Source: Verrucomicrobiales bacterium (GTDB lineage: Bacteria; Verrucomicrobiota; Verrucomicrobiia; Verrucomicrobiales; V1-33). Taken from it: a DNA stretch of 57,342 nucleotides. The position numbers and the translations under genes are program-made. The notes beneath the pieces were generated by a model. That model had not been told where the DNA came from. It saw nothing but the letters and a program-made list of their open reading frames with translations, and did not search any database. Each line of letters begins with the position of its first letter. Positions within the stretch are counted from its first letter, which is position 1. The stretch lies in contig JAYVOP010000235.1 of assembly GCA_043757865.1 (NCBI GenBank), positions 1 through 57,342 on the forward strand, given 5' to 3'. Positions 46,765 to 55,416 of the stretch are shown here, one piece after another.

Positions 46765-46896
46765 CTACATTCACCATTCACCCCACCGCCAATGCAGACC
46801 AAACCCCAAGTCAACCCCACCGCAGCCTATCAATAATGGTTAGCATTGGGCCTTAGCCCCCAAAGCCAACGCTGGTTGGTGGCTGATGATAGCAGA

Positions 46897-46960
46897 GCGG
46901 CGTGCTTCCAGCCGCCGCGGGGGCCCCTCTGTGCAGCGACGGTGGATGGAAGCACGCCGC
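46897..46960. repeat. REP-like inverted repeat, family copy 2
   Basis: gcggcgtgcttccagccgcc (46897-46916, identical to 18951-18970) and ggtggatggaagcacgccgc (46941-46960). Both copies are followed by tccg. Confidence 0.85.
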
Positions 46961-47306
46961 TCCGTTGGGAACTCAGGGTAGGTCATGCGGGCCAACCCTT
47001 GGCCGTGAGGCGAAACCCCGTTGGTCCTGCCGGGCTTGGATGCCCGCTACTTCGAGTCCTCCACGCCTACTAACTTCGCACTCATATCTTGTTTGATCGG
47101 CATTTCGATGGCCTCGCCTGTGGCGGGATTTTTCATGGCCATCACCATATCGTGCGCATCTCTGAAAGGGTTACGCGCTGACCGACGTTACCAAGCGGTA
47201 ACGGTTAGCCCGTAAGCGGCGGATGGCTCCTCCACCGCCCTGGTGGCTGCCAAGGCCGACTTCCCACGGCGGCTCCTAATGCACCTAATTCCTTCGGGAG
47301 TGGGTA

Positions 47307-48239
47307 TTAGCCAAAGGCTTTGCGCAGGAGGGCTAGGCTTTTGGGCACGGCGGTTAGGGGATTTTCTTGGCCCTCGAATTCTAGGGAAATGTAGCCCCGA
47401 TAGTGGGCTGCACGCATGATGCTAGCAATCTTATCGTAGTCCAGGTCTAGCGAATACCAGCGGCCGCCACCGTAGTAAGTCTTCGCCTGCATGAGCACTG
47501 TTTGCGCAGCTAGCATGGCCAATTTCGGATACGGATCTTCAAGGAAATTTCCCGTGTCTAACGTCACCCGCAGCCAGGGTGAGTTCAGCTCATTGACGAT
47601 CTTCAACACGCCTTCCGGGCTGATTCCCAGGCCCCAGTGGTTCTCTAGTCCCATGACGATGCCGCGTTTCTCGGCCTCCGGCAGCAACTGCGCAAAGGCC
47701 TCGATGACCCATTTGAAGCCCTCTTCATCCGTGTGCCCAGGCAGCCGAGGTTCGATGCCCCGGTTCTTCATCAACTCATCGAAGTCCTTGCTGGTGCCCC
47801 ATTGGCCGGTGTTCACGCGAATGGTGGGAATGCCTAACTCGTAGGCTTGCTCTAGGTAAAAGGCGGTCTTGCTCACGTTATCCCGCCGCTTATTCGCCTC
47901 AGGAGTCAGGAAGCCCTGGTGGGTGGAATAGCCCATGAGGTCTAGGCCTAACCCAAATGCAGTGCGCTTGATCTTGCGCAAGGCCGCAGGGGAAAAGTCC
48001 TCTAACTGCACTTGTAAAATTTCCACGCCATCAAAGCCCATGTCTGCCGAGATCTGGAGGCATTTCTCCACAGACTGGTATTCATTCCGCTCGAAACCCC
48101 AGAAGGAGTAGGTGGACACGCCGATGCGATTCGGCAAATGGGGCGGCGGAGCACTAGCAGGAGCGGGTTCCGCAGCAGGCAATAAGGATGGCGCTACGGC
48201 AGCAGCGAGGGAGTTTACAACAAAATGGCGGCGTTTCAT
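47307..48239 (-). CDS. Tat-exported sugar phosphate isomerase/epimerase (xylose isomerase-like TIM barrel)
   Basis: MKRRHF twin-arginine signal, GFDGVEI, LENHWG, LDTGNF, QAKTYYGGG and GYISLEFEG motifs. Confidence 0.88.
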   Translation of the reverse strand: MKRRHFVVNSLAAAVAPSLLPAAEPAPASAPPPHLPNRIGVSTYSFWGFERNEYQSVEKCLQISADMGFDGVEILQVQLEDFSPAALRKIKRTAFGLGLDLMGYSTHQGFLTPEANKRRDNVSKTAFYLEQAYELGIPTIRVNTGQWGTSKDFDELMKNRGIEPRLPGHTDEEGFKWVIEAFAQLLPEAEKRGIVMGLENHWGLGISPEGVLKIVNELNSPWLRVTLDTGNFLEDPYPKLAMLAAQTVLMQAKTYYGGGRWYSLDLDYDKIASIMRAAHYRGYISLEFEGQENPLTAVPKSLALLRKAFG

Positions 48240-48411
48240 AAGATGGCGACCCTAGGCGGCTCCTGCGCGGCTGGCCAGAAAAATCGTCAACGCACCCAAC
48301 GTAAGGAGGGCCCAAGCGCCTACCACCAGCCAAGCGAGCCCCTCGTTGCGTAAATAAGGTGGGAGAAATTGTGGACGTGACAGGATTCCCGGCCCGCCCA
48401 TTAATACCGAC

Positions 48412-49263
48412 ATGAAAAATAACCTTCGCACCCTAACTGGCCTCATTTTACTATTGCTGCTAGGCCGCCCCAGCAGCGCCCGCGCGCAAGCGGTGGCGGC
48501 ACGCGTGGCCGTGGATCTCGTGGAACAAATCGCCAAACGCGGCGGGAAGTCGGCGGCGCGTGAGTTAGCCGAACTCGGGGGGGAGGCGGCCGTGCGGGAT
48601 GTGCTAGAGCAAGCCGAGCGCGAAGGCGGAGAATCCCTAGTGAAGAACCTCACGGAGCAGGCAGGGAAATACGGCATCGTGGCCCTGCAAGCCGCCAAGG
48701 GGGCTCCAAAAATCGCGTTGGAAGCCGTGGCCAAGCTGCCCCCAGAACTCGCAGAGCGAGGCGTGCGGGCGCTGGCGCATGAGCCAGCGGCAATGCAAAA
48801 ACTTATTTCCGAAACTGGCCAAGAAGCCCTGGAGGCCGCCGCACGTCATCCCGGCGTGGGCTCGCAGATAGCCAAGACGCTAGGGCGGGAAGGCGCAGAG
48901 GCCGCCACCAAGTTAGGCGATGACGCCGCCTTAGCCCTCGCCCGCAATGCGGAGGCCATCGCCAAACTGCCAGCGGCGGAACGCACCAGCCTGCTCACCG
49001 CCTTGCGCACCAAGACCGCCCAGACGCTTTCCTTCTTGGAGCGCCATCCCAAGCTCTTGCTCACTGCGGCCGCGGTGGGAGCCTTTGTGATCGGTAAAGA
49101 TGAACTGCTAGGCGTGAATGGTCAGGCGGGGATGCTGGAGCGGCTCGTGCGCGAACCCGTGCGTTTGGTGGGCATGGTGGTAGCGGGTTTGCTGGGGCTG
49201 TGGGGATTGCTGAAGTTAGGCTTTTGCTACCGCGCACTGCGGAAAAAATCCTCCCACGTATGA
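48412..49263 (+). CDS. hypothetical helical protein with signal peptide and C-terminal TM segments
   Basis: 283-aa ORF with host-like codon usage, signal peptide ending SARA-Q, Ala/Glu-rich helices and two C-terminal hydrophobic segments. Confidence 0.7.
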   Translation: MKNNLRTLTGLILLLLLGRPSSARAQAVAARVAVDLVEQIAKRGGKSAARELAELGGEAAVRDVLEQAEREGGESLVKNLTEQAGKYGIVALQAAKGAPKIALEAVAKLPPELAERGVRALAHEPAAMQKLISETGQEALEAAARHPGVGSQIAKTLGREGAEAATKLGDDAALALARNAEAIAKLPAAERTSLLTALRTKTAQTLSFLERHPKLLLTAAAVGAFVIGKDELLGVNGQAGMLERLVREPVRLVGMVVAGLLGLWGLLKLGFCYRALRKKSSHV

Positions 49264-49415
49264 AGCTGCCATTGCCGTTAGTCGGCCGCCCAGACAAGGC
49301 CACCCTCCCCAGCACCTGCGAGATCGACTACGTGCGCGCCTGGCAACTGCGCGGTTAGGACTAGCAACCATGAGGTGGAAGACGGCTTTCCCCATCGTGT
49401 CCACCTGGACGCATA

Positions 49416-50411
49416 ATGCTTTACAGCCACCGCAGCCACGGCTTGGATGGCCGCATCATGGCCGATACTCCCACTCCTCCTAACCCACGTCCCTCCCAGC
49501 CCGCGCAGCCACCACGTCCTCCACGTGAGGGGGCACGCCCAGAGCGTCGGGCGGGCGGTGGACGCCCGAACGGGAAGGGCCGTCCTAGCGCAGGGCCGCA
49601 GCGCCAGGAACCACGGCTGCCGGATGACCCGTTAGTGGGTAAAATTCTCCACCTAGCGCAAGAGGTCCATGCGGAGTTAGGGGCGGGGCTGCCGCCGAAA
49701 TTTTACCGTGAAATCTTTACCACCCGGCTGCAAAAACTCGGTGTGGCCACGCAACTGAAGCCGCGGGGCGTCTTGAAGCATCGGGATAAAGTAGCGGCGG
49801 AGTTTACCCCAGATTTTCTCTGTGAGACCTCGTTGGTCATCGACATCCATGATGGCCCGCAGGAGTTCTCCCAGGCGCAGATCGCCCAGACCAGTGGGGC
49901 CATGAAATTTTACAATGCCCGCTTTGGCATCTTGCTAGATTTCACGCGGCCCGAGTTGGTCACGCGCCTCCTGAGCCCAAACCACGGCACCTTTCCCACT
50001 ATTCCGCATGAGGAGATCCTGCACCAGAATCCCGTGGAGAAGCACGATGAACTGCGCGCCTCTATGCTGGCGCGCAGCCTGCTGCGGGTGGGCAGAGCGC
50101 AGGGGTTAGGCTATGGACAGGAAGTGTATCGGGGGCTGCTGCGGGTGGAATTTAACCTGGAAGCCATCGACTACGAGGACGAGCCGACCGCCAGCATCAT
50201 GCTGGACGGAATCACGTTAGGCGAGTGCGCCCTAACCCAGATCATGACCTTCCAACGCAGCGGGGCGCTGCTGATCCTTTCCCAACAAGACGGCATCCGG
50301 GCCACGGATAAACAGCGCCTGAAGGCCGCCCTCCGCTACCTCAAACTCCCCTGGGGACTCATTGCCCACTTTAGCCGCAAGCGCTTTGAATGGCAGTGGG
50401 TGAAGGCCTAG
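49416..50411 (+). CDS. tandem GxxExxY-family domain protein
   Basis: Two copies of the pattern [VH..LG.G....Y......L...G/I......P...Y.G......D], after a Pro/Arg/Gly-rich N-terminus. Probable start 49458. Confidence 0.65.
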   Translation: MLYSHRSHGLDGRIMADTPTPPNPRPSQPAQPPRPPREGARPERRAGGGRPNGKGRPSAGPQRQEPRLPDDPLVGKILHLAQEVHAELGAGLPPKFYREIFTTRLQKLGVATQLKPRGVLKHRDKVAAEFTPDFLCETSLVIDIHDGPQEFSQAQIAQTSGAMKFYNARFGILLDFTRPELVTRLLSPNHGTFPTIPHEEILHQNPVEKHDELRASMLARSLLRVGRAQGLGYGQEVYRGLLRVEFNLEAIDYEDEPTASIMLDGITLGECALTQIMTFQRSGALLILSQQDGIRATDKQRLKAALRYLKLPWGLIAHFSRKRFEWQWVKA

Positions 50412-51352
50412 CTGCGCGCCAAATACCATTCCACAAACTGCGGAATGCCCACGGCAATGGGCGTGTGCGGGGCGTAGCCGAGGAGGCGATGGGCTTTGCT
50501 GACATCCGCAAAGGTGCGGGGAACATCGCCTGGTTGCATGGGCAGGCTCTGGATCTGGGCCTTTTTGCCTAACGCGTTTTCGACAGCGATGATGAGTTCG
50601 CTGAGGGTGGTGGTTTGGCTGCCGCCGAGGTTGAAAATATCGAACGGGTCGCCCTCATATTTCAGGCTGGCCATGATGCCGTCCACGATGTCGTGGCAGA
50701 AGGTGTAGTCCCGGGCGGTGGAGCCATCTCCAAAGCGGGGCACGGGCAGGCCGTCATTGATGAGGCGGGTGAATTTAGAAATGGCAAGATCTGGCCGTTG
50801 GCGCGGGCCATAGACGGTGAAGAAGCGCAGGCACACGGTGCGCAGGCCGTAGAGATTCGTATAGTTAGAGCACATTTGCTCACCGCACATTTTCGTCATC
50901 GCATACGGGCTGATGGTTTGCTCAATGCGGTCCGTTTCACTGAAGGGGACCTTTTCATTGATGCCATAGACGGAGGAGCTGGAAGCAAAGAGGAAGCGCG
51001 GCACGCCCGTCTGCTTGGCTGCCTCTAGCAGGTGGTGGGTGCCGTAAATGTTGGTGTTTAAATACAGCTCTGGATCCTCGATGGAGGGCCGCACGCCCGC
51101 GCGCGCCGCTAGATGAATCACGGCCTCGAATTTGCCCTCCTGGAAGGTGCGGTTTACCGTGGCGCGGTCCCGGATGTCGCCTTCTACTACGCGCACGTGG
51201 CCTGTGAAGCCAGCCACATTGGCGCGCTTGATAGCGGGATCATAGTAATCATTAAATTCGTCTAACACCGTGACCTCGGCTCCTTGCGTCAGCAGCCGAT
51301 CAACAGTGTGGGAACCAATAAAGCCCGCGCCTCCAGTAACAAGTATATTCAT
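50408..51352 (-). CDS. NAD-dependent nucleotide-sugar epimerase/dehydratase (UDP-glucuronate 4-epimerase/CapI-like)
   Basis: LVTGGAGFIGSH, HLAARAGVRPS, ASSSSVYG, PYAMTK (YxxxK), LRFFTVYGP..RPDLA..KF, RDYT...DIV.G and QPGDV..T.AD motifs. Confidence 0.92.
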   Translation of the reverse strand: MNILVTGGAGFIGSHTVDRLLTQGAEVTVLDEFNDYYDPAIKRANVAGFTGHVRVVEGDIRDRATVNRTFQEGKFEAVIHLAARAGVRPSIEDPELYLNTNIYGTHHLLEAAKQTGVPRFLFASSSSVYGINEKVPFSETDRIEQTISPYAMTKMCGEQMCSNYTNLYGLRTVCLRFFTVYGPRQRPDLAISKFTRLINDGLPVPRFGDGSTARDYTFCHDIVDGIMASLKYEGDPFDIFNLGGSQTTTLSELIIAVENALGKKAQIQSLPMQPGDVPRTFADVSKAHRLLGYAPHTPIAVGIPQFVEWYLARS

Positions 51353-51442
51353 AAGCCGCCGTCCCTAGCTCTGCTGAGGAGGAGATTCAAGATGAAATCA
51401 TGGGGGGCCTGAGCGTAGGCTTCTATGGTGGCGGATGGAGGC

Positions 51443-52111
51443 TTAAATGATGACCTTGTGGCCGCGCCAGAGCTGGGTCCAGCCGCTCGATTGGTCCATT
51501 TCGATAAAGAGTAATTCCTCTCCGTCCAGGTCCATGCGGGAGTAATCCCAATAGCGGAAGGGCTTGGCGGCGGGCATCGTGGCTGCGCTGAGGTGTTCAT
51601 AGGCGGTGGCTTCCCAGGGGCCTTGGAGTTGGTGTAGGCGGGCGAACTGCAGGGAGCCGCTGGTATCGTCTTCGATATTGAAGAGCCCTGATTCGTCCGC
51701 GAGCAGCTCCTCGAAATCTGGATCGTAGGCAAACTCATCGTGGCGGCGGAGGAGAAATTTATCCCAGCCCAGGGTGTCGTTAGGCAGGCACCGCACGCAG
51801 ACGTGGCTCACGGGGCCTTGGCGGGAGGTGATGCGGAGTGGGTAGTCAATGAAATCAAAGTGCTCCTTTCCCAACTCTCGAACCACGTGCCGCACGGCGG
51901 AGACGAGAATGAGGCTGTCTTTAAATTCTGACCCATGGCTCTCATTCAGTGGCGCGGAGACCCCTGCTGCCCAGTCCAAGGGATTCGGATAGGATGGCGG
52001 CGGACTGCCGTCGGGCGGAGACTTTTGTCCAGGGCGCAGCTTGGCCTGCATCATTTCCCACAGCGTGCGCCCCTGGGCCGGGGGTGGGTCATCGGGATTC
52101 AGACTAACCAT
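51443..52111 (-). CDS. hypothetical protein, DUF2491/DUF4178 (YjfK)-like
   Basis: C-terminal YWDYSR....EELLFIEMD..SGW..LW.G pattern; immediately downstream of, and overlapping, a DUF350 gene. Confidence 0.5.
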   Translation of the reverse strand: MVSLNPDDPPPAQGRTLWEMMQAKLRPGQKSPPDGSPPPSYPNPLDWAAGVSAPLNESHGSEFKDSLILVSAVRHVVRELGKEHFDFIDYPLRITSRQGPVSHVCVRCLPNDTLGWDKFLLRRHDEFAYDPDFEELLADESGLFNIEDDTSGSLQFARLHQLQGPWEATAYEHLSAATMPAAKPFRYWDYSRMDLDGEELLFIEMDQSSGWTQLWRGHKVII

Positions 52112-52343
52112 GGAGAATGGTGGCCACGACGTTGCCGATCACATAGCAGAGGCCCAAGATAAAGGCCGCCACGACAATGGCCATGGCTTGATTTCCTTTC
52201 CGGATTTCTTCATCGAAATCCAGTTTCTTCAGTGCGATGTCAAAGATCTTATAGCCCGCAATGACCAGGAAGATGGCCAGCAGGCCGAAGACGAGGGTGG
52301 AGGTGAGATCACCGAGGAAATAGTCCGGGAGATGGAGGTTCAT
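52104..52343 (-). CDS. DUF350 family small membrane protein (YjfL-like)
   Basis: Two TM helices flanking IFD....LDF..EI..GN.A.AIV.AA..LG. Confidence 0.85.
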   Translation of the reverse strand: MNLHLPDYFLGDLTSTLVFGLLAIFLVIAGYKIFDIALKKLDFDEEIRKGNQAMAIVVAAFILGLCYVIGNVVATILHG

Positions 52344-52360
52344 AGTTGGTAGTGAGCAGG

Positions 52361-53251
52361 TTAGTGATAGTGAGATTTGGAAAGGGTGGAGCGAGGCTGC
52401 CAGCGTTTAAAGAAGACGAGCCAGACGACGGAGGCACCGCCGCCGAGGAGGAGGAACCAGCCCCAGCCGCTGGAAGAACGGGCTGCGGGAGCCGCTAGGC
52501 TGGCCATTTGCACCGTGGGGCGCGGGGCTTGGGCATCGTCCGTGGCGGCGGTCATGGCGGCTGGTTCGATGCCGGGCGGAGTGTAGTCAGGATCTGGGCT
52601 GGTGGTAGTGGCCACGGCTTGCACGGCGGTGGTGAGATCTGGGTCTGCGGCTACCAGGGCGGCTTGGCGGGCGGGGTCCATATCGGATTGATGATGGTAA
52701 TACCAGTTGGCGCGGATGGGCCGGGGCTGGTCCAGGAGCCACCACCAGAACGGTGAGGAATAGGAATCATGGTAGAAAACCACGGGGCGGCTGTAGTAGG
52801 GACTGAAGGCCGGATAATGATGAATCACGGTGGTGGTGGGCGCGCTCTGGATGCGGCTGGTGTAGGAGGTGCGGGGCAGCGGGGGTGGCGTGGAGGACGC
52901 AGGGGCGGGATGCGCGGCGGCATAGTTCTGGGAGCTTTGTTGCACCTGTTTCGCCTTGGCGGCAGCGGCATCCGTAGAGCTAAGGGCAGTGGCCGGACGA
53001 CTGAAGGAACTGCTACTAGGCGCAGCGCCTGAACTATAACTGGAGCGGCTGGTGCTCACACTCGGAGTGGTGGGGCGTGCGGAGGAGAAGGAGCCCGCAC
53101 TGGAATACGATCTGCCGCCGCCACTGCTGTATTTGCCAGCATGGGAGCTAACAGTCAGCAGGGACCACATCAAGATGGGCAGCCAGCAGCGAAGTGAAGA
53201 AGAGTGAGAAGACATGGAATCGGATCTAAGCAGGGTGTGGCCATGATGCAC
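52361..53251 (-). CDS. secreted/membrane-anchored Ser/Gly-rich low-complexity protein
   Basis: Signal peptide, YSSGGGRSYSS low-complexity start, YHDSYSSPFWWWLLD...WYYHH..MDPAR core, C-terminal TM helix. Confidence 0.7.
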   Translation of the reverse strand: MHHGHTLLRSDSMSSHSSSLRCWLPILMWSLLTVSSHAGKYSSGGGRSYSSAGSFSSARPTTPSVSTSRSSYSSGAAPSSSSFSRPATALSSTDAAAAKAKQVQQSSQNYAAAHPAPASSTPPPLPRTSYTSRIQSAPTTTVIHHYPAFSPYYSRPVVFYHDSYSSPFWWWLLDQPRPIRANWYYHHQSDMDPARQAALVAADPDLTTAVQAVATTTSPDPDYTPPGIEPAAMTAATDDAQAPRPTVQMASLAAPAARSSSGWGWFLLLGGGASVVWLVFFKRWQPRSTLSKSHYH

Positions 53252-53430
53252 TTCTAATTTCCCAGACTTTTTGTAGGCTCCGGCGGTGGGGCCGTTTTAC
53301 CACGAGTCTTTGCAAGGCGCACGCAGACCGCGCTCTCGCCGCCCCCACGGGAAATGTGCGCTTTTGCTTGCGCAATCAGACTCGTTTGTTAAAGCAACGC
53401 AGCCCCTTCTGGGGGCTCCTCTTTCCTGCA

Positions 53431-54453
53431 ATGACATCCACTCTCGCCCAACCTCCTAACGGGACCAGCCTCAGCGACCGCTTCGCCCAGGGCTATCAAT
53501 GGATGTTACTCTCCCGCACGCTCGAAGAGAAAATTTCCAGCTTGTATGGCGCGGGCAAGATCGTCGGCGGCGTGTATCTGGGCAAAGGCCAAGAGGCCTT
53601 CAGCACTGCGCTGGCCATGAGCTTGCAGCCGGGGAAAGACATCTTTGCCCCGCTGATCCGGGATCAGTCTGGCCGCATGGCCTTTGGGGAGCCCATCATC
53701 GACACCCTGCGCACTTACCTGGGCTCCGTGTTAGGCCCCATGCGCGGGCGGGATGGGAATATCCACCGGGGCCGCCCAGACCTGGGCATGCCAGCCATGA
53801 TTTCCCACCTGGGCGCGATGATCTCAGTCGTCTGCGGAATGCTGATGGCGCGGCGTTTCCGTGGGGAAATGGGCGTCGTGGGAGCCAGCAGCATAGGGGA
53901 CGGCGGCACGTCCACGGGGGCCTTCCATGAAGCCATGAACCTAGCTGCGGTGGAAAAGTTGCCGCTGGTAATAGCCGTGGCCAATAACCAATACGCTTAT
54001 TCCACGCCTAACGACCGCCAGTTCGCCTGCCGAAACCTCGTGGACAAGGCTGCAGGCTACGGAATCACTGGCCACAGCGTGGATGGGCTAGACCTAGCCG
54101 CGTGCTTAGCCACATTTGCCACCGCCGTCACTAACGCCCGCAGCGGCGGCGGCCCGCAACTCGTCGTCGGCTCCATGCTCCGCCTCTGCGGCCATGGCGA
54201 GCACGATGACGCCAGCTACGTCCCTGCCGCACTCAAGGCGGGCGCAGACGACTGCCTCACCCTCGCACGCGCGGAAATGCTAACGCGTAATTTAGCCACG
54301 CCCCAGCAGCTCGACTTCATGGAAGCTGAAGCCTACGAGGCCGTCCAGGCCGCCGTCATGCAGGCCCAGAGCGAGCCCACCCCCAGCCCCGAACGCGAGA
54401 CCTGGTGCCCCCTAGACTCCGCGTGGCTCATGGAAGGAAACGAGCCCGTATGA
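53431..54453 (+). CDS. TPP-dependent 2-oxoacid dehydrogenase E1 alpha subunit
   Basis: G.GQEA, GRDGNIH, ISHLGA, GDG.TSTG.FHEAMNLA.V.KLP......NNQYAYST, DG.D and R..GHGEHD motifs. Probable start 53431. Confidence 0.93.
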   Translation: MTSTLAQPPNGTSLSDRFAQGYQWMLLSRTLEEKISSLYGAGKIVGGVYLGKGQEAFSTALAMSLQPGKDIFAPLIRDQSGRMAFGEPIIDTLRTYLGSVLGPMRGRDGNIHRGRPDLGMPAMISHLGAMISVVCGMLMARRFRGEMGVVGASSIGDGGTSTGAFHEAMNLAAVEKLPLVIAVANNQYAYSTPNDRQFACRNLVDKAAGYGITGHSVDGLDLAACLATFATAVTNARSGGGPQLVVGSMLRLCGHGEHDDASYVPAALKAGADDCLTLARAEMLTRNLATPQQLDFMEAEAYEAVQAAVMQAQSEPTPSPERETWCPLDSAWLMEGNEPV

Positions 54454-55415
54454 GCATCACCTACCTAGAAGCCATTCGCGAAGCCCAACGCCAAGCCCTC
54501 ACCACCGATCCCAGCGTCTTCCTCTACGGCCAAGACATCGCCCAGTTTGGCGGAGCCTTCAAAGCCACCAAGCACCTCGCCAACGAATTCCCCGGCCGCG
54601 TCCTCGATGCCCCCATCAGCGAGGACGCCATGCTCGGCATGGCCGTGGGGGCCGCCATCGACGGCATGAGACCCATCGTGGAAATGCAGTTTGCGGATTT
54701 CTCCAGCATCGCCTTTAACCAGATCATCAACCAAGCCGCCACCCACTTCTGGCGCACCGGCGTGCCCTGTCCGTTAGTGGTCCGCCTGCCCAGCGGCGGC
54801 ACCTCCGGCAGCGGCCCCTTCCATAGCCAATCACTGGAAAGCATCTACGCCCATTTCCCTGGCCTCATCGTCCTCACTCCTGCCACCGTGGGGGACGCCT
54901 ATGGCATGTTATTAGAAGCCGTGAAACTCAACGATCCAGTCATCTTCTGCGAGCATAAATTCCTCTACTACCACCTCAAAGCAGACGAGCTGCCGCAGGA
55001 AAATTTACCCATCGGCAAAGCCCGCATCGCCCGCAACGGCAAGCACGCCACCCTCGTCACCTACAGCGCCATGCTCCACGAAAGCCTGCGCGCCGCCGAC
55101 GAACTAGCCAAAGACGGCTACGAAATCGAAGTGGTGGACCTCCGCAGCGTGAAGCCCCTGGATACCGACACCGTCCTCGCCAGCGTGGCGCGCACCGGAC
55201 GCTTGCTCGTAGTCGGAGAAAGTTTCCCCTGGGGCGGCGTCAGTGCAGAAGTCATCAGCCGTGTCGTTACCGACGGCTTCCACCTCCTAGACGCCCCGCC
55301 CCAGCGCCTGAACAGCAAGGACACGCCCATCCCCTATCATCCGAATCTCTGGGGCACCCACCGCCCCACCGCCAACAGCATCTGCCAAGAACTGCGGCGG
55401 CTGGTGGGGTTCTAG
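54450..55415 (+). CDS. TPP-dependent 2-oxoacid dehydrogenase E1 beta subunit
   Basis: TY.EAI.EA, GQDI...GGAF..T..L...F..RV.DAPISE, RP.VEMQF.DF, GPFHSQS, DPV.F.EHK.LY and EV.DLRS.KPLD motifs; ATGA overlap with alpha at 54450-54453. Confidence 0.94.
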   Translation: MSITYLEAIREAQRQALTTDPSVFLYGQDIAQFGGAFKATKHLANEFPGRVLDAPISEDAMLGMAVGAAIDGMRPIVEMQFADFSSIAFNQIINQAATHFWRTGVPCPLVVRLPSGGTSGSGPFHSQSLESIYAHFPGLIVLTPATVGDAYGMLLEAVKLNDPVIFCEHKFLYYHLKADELPQENLPIGKARIARNGKHATLVTYSAMLHESLRAADELAKDGYEIEVVDLRSVKPLDTDTVLASVARTGRLLVVGESFPWGGVSAEVISRVVTDGFHLLDAPPQRLNSKDTPIPYHPNLWGTHRPTANSICQELRRLVGF

Positions 55416-55416
55416 A

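Noticed and set aside
46786-46850. Second attC after the 46764 gene (ccaatgc...gttagcattgg hairpin)
   Set aside because: Only the outer arms pair; no complementary L boxes and no proper RYYYAAC. At best highly degenerate.
48252-48412. Small membrane protein on the minus strand (..LAWLVVGAWALLTLGALTIFLA..)
   Set aside because: It has a hydrophobic stretch but occupies the divergent promoter gap and has no clear start context; cannot be supported.
53431-55415. Missing E2/E3 next to E1 alpha/beta as a novelty
   Set aside because: Split 2-oxoacid dehydrogenase loci are common; substrate class cannot be assigned from sequence alone.
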